From: an uncultured Gammaproteobacteria bacterium
Lineage (GTDB): Bacteria > Patescibacteriota > Patescibacteriia > UBA1558 > GWA2-36-10
Reading direction: 5' to 3'
NCBI GenBank assembly: GCA_964638415.1
Contig: CAZWYP010000001.1
Location: 148,650 to 212,649 of the forward strand
DNA: 64,000 bases
The notes beneath the pieces were generated by a model that saw only the letters and a list, made by a program, of their open reading frames with translations, made no database searches and was not told the origin of the DNA. This document shows positions 9,195-16,979 of the stretch, piece by piece (positions within the stretch are counted from its first letter, which is position 1; every line of letters starts with the position of its first letter). A program made the translations under genes and the position numbers.

Positions 9195-9851
9195 GGCTAA
9201 CGGGCGTGCGTATGCGAAGTCGTGATTGAGCAAATATGATAAAATTTATGAAATCATATTTGCGAAAGGACGATTTGCGTGAGCGGACTAAAACTATTCT
9301 TTATCTTTTTTATTTAGCTTGTCTTGTTTAGCTAATGCGAAAAATATTTTTATAAATACCGGTATAGTAACTAGTGTTTTAAGAATATTTTTTCGCTTTT
9401 TTATTTTATTTCTTTTTCCATCCAAGACTTCTTTTATTCTATCATATTGTTTTTCTAATCCTTTATGAACCCATAATCCATCGGTGGCTAATCCACCACC
9501 CATACCGCCAGCAATACCTTGTCCAGGTTCCATTTCTTCAAAAAATATTCTTGCCCCGTCAGGATCTTCATAGTCTATATCTTTAAGAAGATTTTCCAAA
9601 GCTTTATAATCACATTTTATTTGCTGCACAGGTGCTGAAAGATAAATCTGGCCACCATAATCACCCTGCATAATCATATATGCATTAGAATGTTTTTTAG
9701 CTTCCTCGAAGTTTTTAAAAGCTTTGTATTTAATACCTTGGCTTTCAGACATTAATTTTCTGACACCACTTTCATGTTCTGGTATTATTATTTCTTTGAT
9801 TTCTTGTTCTTTCATATTTTTAGTCCGCGAACCGCATACGCGGTGTTAGGC
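9195..9851 (-). other. attC-like recombination site with an ORF in its loop
   Basis: Nested inverted repeats: GGCTAAC(9195)/GTTAGGC(9845), GCGTATGCG(9208)/CGCATACGC(9833), GCGGACTAAAA(9283)/TTTTAGTCCGC(9818), plus side hairpin 9217-9276. Confidence 0.7.
9294..9815 (-). CDS. Hypothetical protein encoded inside the attC-like hairpin
   Basis: 173 aa, motifs GDYGGQIYL and GGMGGG; start and stop codons abut the 11-bp inverted repeat. Confidence 0.8.
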   Translation of the reverse strand: MKEQEIKEIIIPEHESGVRKLMSESQGIKYKAFKNFEEAKKHSNAYMIMQGDYGGQIYLSAPVQQIKCDYKALENLLKDIDYEDPDGARIFFEEMEPGQGIAGGMGGGLATDGLWVHKGLEKQYDRIKEVLDGKRNKIKKRKNILKTLVTIPVFIKIFFALAKQDKLNKKDKE

Positions 9852-9862
9852 GCTGTTATTTT

Positions 9863-10327
9863 TTATTCCCACTCCTTTTGCATTTTTTCCATTAATTCAT
9901 TTTCTGTAAATTTGAATGGTGTAAAACAGAGCTGAAGTGTCCGACCCTCTTTGGCAATTTTTTTTATTTCAGAATAACTTTTTTCTTTTTTGAGTAATTG
10001 GTGAATAATTTTATTTCTATTATTGTTAAATTTTTTAATTGCTTCATATCCATCCTTATTAATGCAGGATAATAGAAAGGCAATTTCAATATAATCATTA
10101 AAATATTTTATAAAATTGCCTTGATTATTTTGAAGAATTTTGATTTTTTCTATAAAATCATCTGAGGATTTTTCTTGGCTAATTAATTTGTTGGCTATTA
10201 AGCTTTTTATATGTAGCTCTAGGTAATTATGTACAAGCGAAATCACCTCAATATAGCATTTTTGTTTAACAGCTCTAGAAATTACTTCGTCAAAATTCTT
10301 CTCGTCTATTTGAAAGTCATTTTCCAT
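9863..10327 (-). CDS. Cassette-encoded HEPN-like protein
   Basis: Helical 154 aa with N-terminal E..(H)xxLE and C-terminal RNKIIH (R-x4-H) motif. Confidence 0.6.
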   Translation of the reverse strand: MENDFQIDEKNFDEVISRAVKQKCYIEVISLVHNYLELHIKSLIANKLISQEKSSDDFIEKIKILQNNQGNFIKYFNDYIEIAFLLSCINKDGYEAIKKFNNNRNKIIHQLLKKEKSYSEIKKIAKEGRTLQLCFTPFKFTENELMEKMQKEWE

Positions 10328-10345
10328 AATTGTTATTTAAATTTG

Positions 10346-10372
10346 AAATAATGGCGCCTAACCACTGTGTTG
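10346..10372 (-). other. attI-like recombination core
   Basis: Minus strand acacagtgGTTAGGCgccattattt; 15/17 inverted match to 9845-9861 at the other end of the cassette gene. Confidence 0.65.
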
Positions 10373-10381
10373 ACGAACCTA

Positions 10382-10410
10382 TTGACATCATAGCCAATAT
10401 TGGCTAAAAA
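10382..10410 (+). promoter_or_regulatory. Putative integrase promoter with a palindromic operator
   Basis: TTGACA-17bp-TAAAAA with perfect palindrome TAGCCAATATTGGCTA (10391-10406). Confidence 0.45.
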
Positions 10411-10440
10411 GTAAATAATAATCATTAATCACAATTAGTT

Positions 10441-11307
10441 ATGAAGAAAAGCGATAACACAGGCGGAAAGCCTGTAGATTTGGCTAATATCAGCAATCAG
10501 CATCCCTTGCGTTCTTTAGCTCAAGAATTAGTAATTAGGGGATTTTCTCGGCGGACAATTAAGGGTTATTTGGCATATAATCAGTCTTTCCTTAATTTTA
10601 TTGGTAAGTCAGCTAAGGAAGTTAATCAGCAGGATCTTAAGGATTATTTGTTATATCTAAAGGGTAGAAAATATAGTAATACTTCCTTGAATAATGTTAT
10701 TTCAGCCTTGAAGTTTTATTACCAGCAGATTCTTAAGAGGAAGCTGTTTTTTAATATACAGCGTCCTAGGCGGGAAAAATTTTTGCCGGTAGTTTTATCT
10801 AAAGAAGAGATTTATGCTTTACTGGCTGCTATAGTTAACTCTAAGCATAAGCTAATAATTTCTTTGGCTTACAGCGCTGGTTTGCGGGTTAGTGAAGTTG
10901 TTAATTTAAAAATTAAAGATATTGATTTTCCTAGTAGCAGTATTACTGTGCGTGGAGGCAAGGGGAATAAAGATAGGGTTACTGTCTTTTCTGAAAAGTT
11001 AAAAACGGAATTGCTAAATTTAATTTCTAACAGAGATAAAAATGATTTTGTGTTTATTAGCCAGTCAGGGGAAAAATTGACCATTCGCACTCTGCAGAAG
11101 ATTTTTGCCAGTGCGCTTATTCGTTCTGGCATTGCTAAAGCTGCGACTTTTCATTCTTTGCGCCATAGCTTTGCTACGCATTTGCTGGAAAATGGTACGA
11201 ACATCAGATACATTCAGGAGTTATTGGGTCATCAGAATATTAAAACCACCCAAGTGTATACTCAGGTGGCTAGTTGGAGGTTGAAGAATATTATTAGTCC
11301 TTTATAA
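10441..11307 (+). CDS. Tyrosine recombinase (integron-integrase/XerD-like, N-terminal SAM-like domain)
   Basis: YSAGLRVSE, GKGNKDR, HSLRHSFATHLLENG, IQELLGH, TTQVYT; no IntI-specific insertion. Confidence 0.95.
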   Translation: MKKSDNTGGKPVDLANISNQHPLRSLAQELVIRGFSRRTIKGYLAYNQSFLNFIGKSAKEVNQQDLKDYLLYLKGRKYSNTSLNNVISALKFYYQQILKRKLFFNIQRPRREKFLPVVLSKEEIYALLAAIVNSKHKLIISLAYSAGLRVSEVVNLKIKDIDFPSSSITVRGGKGNKDRVTVFSEKLKTELLNLISNRDKNDFVFISQSGEKLTIRTLQKIFASALIRSGIAKAATFHSLRHSFATHLLENGTNIRYIQELLGHQNIKTTQVYTQVASWRLKNIISPL

Positions 11308-11310
11308 AGC

Positions 11311-12372
11311 TTAATTAAACAAGAAATAAACCGTATCACCGTCTTGCATGACATATTCTTTGCCTTCAGTACGGATTAAGCCTAGCTCTTTTCCTTTAGA
11401 CCAGGATCCAGCTTGTAATAATTTTTCCCAATTTACTATTTCTACTCTAATAAACCCTTGTTCAAAATCCGTATGAATTACTCCCGCTGCTTGTGGAGCT
11501 TTGGTGCCGGCAGTAATAGTCCAGGCTTTAGTTTCTTCCTGACCGGTAGTAAGGTAAGTAATTAGATTAAGTAATTTATAACTGGTAGTGATTAAATTAT
11601 CCAAGCCGCTTTGGGGAATACCCAAGTCAATTAATAATTGTTTGGCTTCTTCATCTGACATATCCGCTAATTCAGATTCCAGCTTAGCACAGATGGCTAG
11701 GGAATTTTCTGGCAGATTAAGATCTTTGCCTAAATCATTTTCAGAAATATTGTAAAGGTAAATTATTGGTTTAATGGTTAGTAGATTTACCATCTTCAGG
11801 ATCTTCTTTTCTTCCGGTTGCCAATTAATGCTATTTAGCAATTGGTTGCTTTCTAAGATCTGCTTGGCTTTGATAATTAAATCCCTTTCTATTTCCGTAT
11901 TTTTGTCATGCGGGCCTTTAAGCTTGCTGTTTACCTTCTCCAAGTATTTATTGACTGTATCCAGATCGGCTAAGATTAATTCCAGGTTAATGACTGCTTT
12001 GTCATTTTCCGGATCAATAGTACCATGGACATGAATAACATCAGGATTCTGGAAATAGCGCACTACTTGGATAATAGCGTCCACTTCCCTAATATGCGAC
12101 AGGAATTTATTGCCCAAACCTTCTCCTTCGGAAGCACCTTTGACTAAGCCGGCAATATCTACGAATTCAATGGTAGTAGGGATTATTTTTTTGGACTGAG
12201 ACATCGCTCCCAGCTTTACTAATCTTTCATCAGGGACGGCCACCACGCCGACATTGGGATCAATGGTGCAGAAAGGATAATTAGAAGCATCCACTTTGTT
12301 TTTAGTCAAAGCTTGGAATAGTGTTGATTTGCCGACATTAGGCAGGCCGACGATGCCGAGAGAAAATGACAT
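11311..12372 (-). CDS. ychF: Redox-regulated ATPase YchF
   Basis: [33 protein letters not shown]-terminal TGS domain. Confidence 0.97.
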   Translation of the reverse strand: MSFSLGIVGLPNVGKSTLFQALTKNKVDASNYPFCTIDPNVGVVAVPDERLVKLGAMSQSKKIIPTTIEFVDIAGLVKGASEGEGLGNKFLSHIREVDAIIQVVRYFQNPDVIHVHGTIDPENDKAVINLELILADLDTVNKYLEKVNSKLKGPHDKNTEIERDLIIKAKQILESNQLLNSINWQPEEKKILKMVNLLTIKPIIYLYNISENDLGKDLNLPENSLAICAKLESELADMSDEEAKQLLIDLGIPQSGLDNLITTSYKLLNLITYLTTGQEETKAWTITAGTKAPQAAGVIHTDFEQGFIRVEIVNWEKLLQAGSWSKGKELGLIRTEGKEYVMQDGDTVYFLFN

Positions 12373-12499
12373 AATTTAGCTATTTAACAGACAGATTAAA
12401 TCATAATTAAAGCAAAATAGCAAGATAATTGACATGGTTAGTTATTTTCAGTAAGGTAGATGAAAATGAGTTCGTTTCACAATTTTCAAGAGGTGCATA

Positions 12500-13246
12500 A
12501 TGGAGCTGGGTCTTCAAGGCAGAGTAGCCATTGTTACTGGCGGCAATAAAGGGATAGGCAGGGAAATCTCCAGGGCTTTTGCCCAGGAAGGCTGCAACGT
12601 TGCGATTTTTTCCCGCCACGCCAATCAGGATTTTTCTCGGGAGATTCTTCAGTTGGGAGTTGATGTTTTGGATTTGGAGGTTGATATTTCCGATGAATTT
12701 TTAGTGAGAGAAGCAGTACAGAAAGTTGTTGGCAGATTCACGCGCATTGACGCTCTGGTCAACAACGCCGGCATGACTGATGACGGTTTATTCGTCAAAG
12801 AAACGTTGGCGGATTGGGATCGCGTGCTGACAGTTAATTTAACCGGTTCGCGCAACTGCATTCAGGCGGTTCTGCCGATAATGATGAAGCAGCGGTCTGG
12901 CGCCATTGTCAACATTGGTTCAGTAGTGGGCTTAACCGGTAATGCTGGTCAAGTCAGTTATGTGGCTAGCAAAGCTGGCTTATTAGGTCTGACTTTAGGA
13001 GTTGCTCAGGAATATGGTCCGAAAGGAATTTGTTGCAACATTATTTGTCCCGGCTTCATTGAAACTGACATGACTCAAAATTTGAAGTCGGAACAGAAAT
13101 CCGCAATGATCGCGAATACTCCTTTGGGACGCGCTGGCCGTTCGGCGGACATTGCTCCTACTGTCATTTTTTTGGCTTCCCATAAAGCCAGTTTTCAGAC
13201 CGGCACGGTGGTTACCATTGACGGCGGCCTAACCATGCACTTGTAG
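12500..13246 (+). CDS. fabG: Short-chain dehydrogenase/reductase, FabG-like
   Basis: TGGNKGIG, NNAG, YVASKAG, PGFIETDMT; GAGGTG RBS. Confidence 0.75.
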   Translation: MELGLQGRVAIVTGGNKGIGREISRAFAQEGCNVAIFSRHANQDFSREILQLGVDVLDLEVDISDEFLVREAVQKVVGRFTRIDALVNNAGMTDDGLFVKETLADWDRVLTVNLTGSRNCIQAVLPIMMKQRSGAIVNIGSVVGLTGNAGQVSYVASKAGLLGLTLGVAQEYGPKGICCNIICPGFIETDMTQNLKSEQKSAMIANTPLGRAGRSADIAPTVIFLASHKASFQTGTVVTIDGGLTMHL

Positions 13247-13252
13247 ATTGTC

Positions 13253-13288
13253 AGGGCTGTTTTCTGTAAAAGGAAAGCGGCCCTTTTT
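13253..13288 (+). terminator. Intrinsic terminator
   Basis: AGGGCTGTTTTC...GAAAGCGGCCCT followed by TTTT. Confidence 0.75.
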
Positions 13289-13344
13289 GTTTAGTTTGAC
13301 AATTTCTACTTTAGTTATATATTTAAAGTATAAGGTATAATATT

Positions 13345-13599
13345 ATGCCGGAAAAATTAATAGGAAAAGTAGTCCATTATTTTGATAAAATCCAGGTAGC
13401 GGTTGTGAAGGTGGATCGGAATAGCCTGAAAGTAGGCGATACTGTCCATTTTGTGCATGGCGAACGGGACTTTACTCAGACAGTGGATTCGCTGCAAGTA
13501 GACCATACCCAGATTGAGAATATCACCGCTGGGCAGGAAGCGGGCTTAAAGGTTATCCAGCCAGTTAGGCCCGGAGATAAGGTTTATTTGGTCAGCTAA
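13345..13599 (+). CDS. Small translation-factor-like beta-barrel protein (EF-Tu domain 2/U32 C-terminal-like)
   Basis: IGKVVHYFDKIQVAVV...LKVGDTVH...FTQTVDSLQ...VRPGDKVY. Confidence 0.75.
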   Translation: MPEKLIGKVVHYFDKIQVAVVKVDRNSLKVGDTVHFVHGERDFTQTVDSLQVDHTQIENITAGQEAGLKVIQPVRPGDKVYLVS

Positions 13600-13707
13600 A
13601 GATTAAATAAATAGATAAAATAAAGTTTAACAAGTCGGAAATGGCTAGTTAAACTTTTTTGTTGCTTTTTCTGACATCAGAGATTATAATACCAGCAAGT
13701 TTTGCTT

Positions 13708-15744
13708 ATGCGCCAGATAGATTTTGCCAAGGAATTAAATGAAGAGCAATTAAAAGTGGTGACTGCTTCGGCAGGGCCACATTTAGTTTTAGCCGGAGCC
13801 GGCTCGGGCAAGACCAGAACCTTGGTTTACCGAGTAGCTTGGCTAATTAAGCAGTCAGTTAAGCCGGATAAAATTCTTTTGCTGACTTTTACCAATAAGG
13901 CGGCCAATGAGATGATGAGCAGAGTAAAAAGCCTATTGGGATTATCTCTTAATGACAGTTTGGCTGTCTGGGGAGGTACTTTTCATTCCATTGCCAATCG
14001 TTTGTTGCGGTATTATGGCGAAGCGATTAGCTTAAAGAATAATTTTATCATCGCGGATGAAGAGGACAGTAAGTCTTTGTTAAAAAAAGTAATTCAAGAG
14101 ATTTTTGGCAGTCTAGACAGCAAGCGCCACCCTTCAACTAATATTGTCAAAGAAGTAATCAGCTATGCGGCCAATGCTAGGATTAAATTAGCTGACAGCT
14201 TGGAAAAGAAATTTCCGGAGTGGTTACCTTTAGTTGGTTACTTTGAACAGATTGGGCAGGAATACAAGAAAAGAAAGCAAGCTAATAATATTTTGGATTT
14301 TGATGATCTGTTAATCTATTGGCTGCAACTGGTCAAGCACCCGGTAGTAGGAGAAAAGCTGAAGAATAAATGGCAGCATATTCTAGTTGACGAATACCAG
14401 GATACTAATAGTCTGCAGGCGGAAATAATCTACCATTTGGTCAATAAGGAGCAGAATCTTTTGGTGGTGGGTGATGATGCGCAGAGCATTTATTCCTTCC
14501 GGGCAGCGGATATCCAGAACATTCTAGATTTTCCTAAAAAGTTCAAGCAAGCCAGCATCCATAAATTGGAGACTAATTACCGCTCCAGTCCCGAGATTTT
14601 AGCTTTGGCTAATTTAATCATTGCCGCTAATGCCGAACAATTTCCCAAGAGCCTCAAAGCTGTAAATTCCAGTTTAGTTAAACCAGAGCTTTTGGCATTA
14701 CAGACTAATTTGCATGAAGCGAAGTGGATTGTTGATCGCATTATTGCTTTGATGAATGAAGGCGTGCCGGCCGAGGAAATTGCCGTATTGTTTCGAGCGG
14801 CTCACCATAGCCAAATGCTGGAAATGGAATTAAATAAGCGGGGGATTAATTACCAGATGCGGGGCGGTTTGCGCTTTTTTGAGCGGGCGCATATTAAGGA
14901 TGTAATTGCCTGGCTGAAGATTTTAGTTAATCATCAAGAGGAAATTTCCTGGTCTAGGATTTTAAATCTTTACCAGGGCATTGGACCAGCTACCGCCACT
15001 AAGATTATTTTATCGTTGAGGAATTTAAAAAGATTGTCGGACTTGCCAAAGTTATCTATTGAGTTAAGCGCTAAAGCCAGAAGTAGCTGGCAAAAGATTT
15101 TAAACACCATTGCCAATTTAGCCAGTCAGTCAGAGGGTAATCCGGCAGAGATTATTCGCCTGGCTAGCCGGGAATATGACGAATACTTGCTGGAGCAATA
15201 TCCAGATTACCGCCAGCGCCAGGATGATTTGGAGCAGTTAGCAGCGTTTGCTGCTAATTACTCTAAGCTGGAAGATTTTTTGGCAGAAGTAAGCTTGCAG
15301 GAGAATTTTAATTTGCAGAATAAGGATAATTCTGCCGCTATTGTGTTGAGTACCATCCATCAGGCGAAGGGCTTGGAATGGCAGGCGGTATTTTTGATGA
15401 ATTTAACCAGCCAGTCTCTGCCTCATCCGCTGTCGGTGTCAGAGAATAATATCGCGGAAGAGCGCCGCTTGTTTTACGTGGCAGTCACCCGCGCTAAGCG
15501 CCAGCTGTATTTAACTTACCCCTTAAGCAGCTTTAATTACCGCGGTTACCAGAGCCTGCAGCCTTCAGAATTTATTACCGAGCTTAATATCGGATTATTG
15601 TCGCTTAATCCTTTAGCGCAAGGAACAGTAGATAGTTTTTCTGCTGACCAGCAGTATGAGCAGGATGACAGCGCTGGAGATTTTTGGGACGAGGATAATG
15701 ATACCAAGGCTAAGAGTTTTCTGCCCGACATTGATGAGTGGTAG
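13708..15744 (+). CDS. UvrD/PcrA family SF1 DNA helicase
   Basis: AGAGSGKT, LTFTNKAA, LVDEYQD, VGDDAQSIY, STIHQAKGLEW, EERRLFYVAVTRAK. Confidence 0.95.
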   Translation: MRQIDFAKELNEEQLKVVTASAGPHLVLAGAGSGKTRTLVYRVAWLIKQSVKPDKILLLTFTNKAANEMMSRVKSLLGLSLNDSLAVWGGTFHSIANRLLRYYGEAISLKNNFIIADEEDSKSLLKKVIQEIFGSLDSKRHPSTNIVKEVISYAANARIKLADSLEKKFPEWLPLVGYFEQIGQEYKKRKQANNILDFDDLLIYWLQLVKHPVVGEKLKNKWQHILVDEYQDTNSLQAEIIYHLVNKEQNLLVVGDDAQSIYSFRAADIQNILDFPKKFKQASIHKLETNYRSSPEILALANLIIAANAEQFPKSLKAVNSSLVKPELLALQTNLHEAKWIVDRIIALMNEGVPAEEIAVLFRAAHHSQMLEMELNKRGINYQMRGGLRFFERAHIKDVIAWLKILVNHQEEISWSRILNLYQGIGPATATKIILSLRNLKRLSDLPKLSIELSAKARSSWQKILNTIANLASQSEGNPAEIIRLASREYDEYLLEQYPDYRQRQDDLEQLAAFAANYSKLEDFLAEVSLQENFNLQNKDNSAAIVLSTIHQAKGLEWQAVFLMNLTSQSLPHPLSVSENNIAEERRLFYVAVTRAKRQLYLTYPLSSFNYRGYQSLQPSEFITELNIGLLSLNPLAQGTVDSFSADQQYEQDDSAGDFWDEDNDTKAKSFLPDIDEW

Positions 15745-15776
15745 ATTGTGGTATAATATATAAACGAATAATTTTT

Positions 15777-16562
15777 ATGGATAAGGATACCATAGTTCTA
15801 GATTTAGAAACCCAGAAGACTTTTGATGAAGTCGGCGGGCACCACAACTCCCATTTGTTGGGAGTGTCTTTAGTCGGAGTCTATTCTTACCAGCGGGATA
15901 AATACCGCGGCTTTAAGGAAGAAGAATTTCCAGAGTTATTGGAACTGCTAAAAAACACCGGATTAGTCATTGGCTTTAATAGCAAGTCTTTTGACTTCAC
16001 CGTTCTGCAGCCATACTTCAAGGATTTTGATTTAAGAACTATTCCCCATCTGGATATTCTGGAAGAAATAGTTTTTGCCTTGGGCCATCGCTTGAAATTG
16101 GAATCAGTAGCCCAGAGCACTTTAGGCTATGGCAAGTCTGGCTCTGGTTTGGATGCTATTATGTATTACCGTAATAAAGATTGGGATAACTTAATTAGAT
16201 ATTGCTTGGATGACGTTAAAGTTACTAAGGAAGTTTATGACTATGGCTTGCAGCACGGGCATATTTGGTATACTACCGGGGGCAACAAGGAAAAAATAAT
16301 TGCTAGGTGGTATAAGGTGGACCGGCCAACGGTCGGTAAAATTATTACTGATGCTTTGGCTTCTGGTCAGCAATTGGAAATAGATTATATGGATGATCAA
16401 GGGCAGGTGTCTAAGCGGAAAATAGACATTCAGGCGGTTAAGGGTAATAAGGTTAAGGCTTTCTGCCATTTGCGTGACGCTATCCGTATCTTTGATTTAG
16501 ACAGGATAAAATCTGCTAAAGTAGTTGGTCAAATGACCAGTTTCCAGAAAAGTTTACTATAA
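15777..16562 (+). CDS. YprB/RNase_H_2-like DEDD exonuclease fused to a C-terminal WYL-like domain
   Basis: VLDLETQ, GFNSKSFD, HLDIL, YCLDDV; C-terminal LEIDYxD..SKRKIDI..AFCHLRDAIRIFDLDRI. Confidence 0.75.
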   Translation: MDKDTIVLDLETQKTFDEVGGHHNSHLLGVSLVGVYSYQRDKYRGFKEEEFPELLELLKNTGLVIGFNSKSFDFTVLQPYFKDFDLRTIPHLDILEEIVFALGHRLKLESVAQSTLGYGKSGSGLDAIMYYRNKDWDNLIRYCLDDVKVTKEVYDYGLQHGHIWYTTGGNKEKIIARWYKVDRPTVGKIITDALASGQQLEIDYMDDQGQVSKRKIDIQAVKGNKVKAFCHLRDAIRIFDLDRIKSAKVVGQMTSFQKSLL

Positions 16563-16593
16563 AAAAGAGGCCTAGTTGATTAGACTAGGCCTC
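16561..16593 (-). terminator. Intrinsic terminator, minus strand
   Basis: GAGGCCTAGT-ctaatca-ACTAGGCCTC followed by TTTTTT on minus strand. Confidence 0.85.
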
Positions 16594-16610
16594 GAACGAG
16601 TCCCTGCCCG

Positions 16611-16736
16611 TCAGCTCAAGGAGAATTGAGTCGAGCAAAGACTATCATGAGTGGCCGCACCACCCAGGCATTTTCCCTTAGACAGGGAGAAAAAGGTGGT
16701 GTGCCGTTGAGGGCAAGTCCGGCACACCGGGCGCAT
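16611..16736 (-). CDS. Candidate 41-aa Cys/His peptide MRPVCRTCPQRHTTFFSLSKGKCLGGAATHDSLCSTQFSLS
   Basis: AGGAG-6nt-ATG; CxxC...C...HxxxC spacing; below the ORF-track size cutoff. Confidence 0.35.
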   Translation of the reverse strand: MRPVCRTCPQRHTTFFSLSKGKCLGGAATHDSLCSTQFSLS

Positions 16737-16823
16737 GATTTACTCCTGGGGAGAAAAGGTAAACATACGCCATTGTACTAAATCTTACCAAATATAATAT
16801 ATTTTTTGCTTTATGTCAATAGT

Positions 16824-16856
16824 AAAAGCCCAAGTTGGTTAACCTGGGCTTTTTTT
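16824..16856. terminator. Bidirectional terminator
   Basis: AAAAGCCCAAGTT-ggtt-AACCTGGGCTTTTTT. Confidence 0.8.
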
Positions 16857-16979
16857 GAGGTCTGACTTTGTATCCCCATGAGGAGGATTGAAAAAAGTGG
16901 TGGCAAAGTTTGCGATCTCGGCGATGGTCCAGCGGGAGCTGGGAGAGTAGAATATTCAGAGAGCTAATTATTAATTTGA

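Larger units (their letters stand above)
9195..11307. mobile_element. Non-canonical integron-like element (integrase, attI-like site, one cassette carrying two genes)
   Basis: Divergent tyrosine recombinase; minus-strand GTTAGGC core 10362-10356, inverse core GCCTAAC 9851-9845, distal GTTAGCC 9201-9195; AT-rich cargo genes. Confidence 0.75.
16561..16785 (-). ncRNA. Candidate multi-hairpin structured RNA, possibly encoding a 41-aa peptide
   Basis: Promoter TTGACA-17-TATATT (16819-16791); four stems with G-U pairs favouring the minus strand; recurrent UUCUCC motifs. Confidence 0.55.

Noticed and set aside
9283-9828. Insertion sequence or MITE defined by the 11-bp inverted repeat
   Set aside because: The enclosed ORF has no transposase motif, no target duplication is visible, and the repeat is nested within the attC-like arms
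10441-11307. Chromosomal XerC/XerD or prophage integrase
   Set aside because: No phage genes or recognisable dif site nearby, and the flanking GTTRRRY/RYYYAAC architecture fits cassette capture better; not fully excluded
16594-16770. CsrB/RsmZ-like RNA on the plus strand (GGA in hairpin loops)
   Set aside because: Promoter, terminator U-tract and G-U pairs all point to the minus strand; on plus those pairs become A-C mismatches
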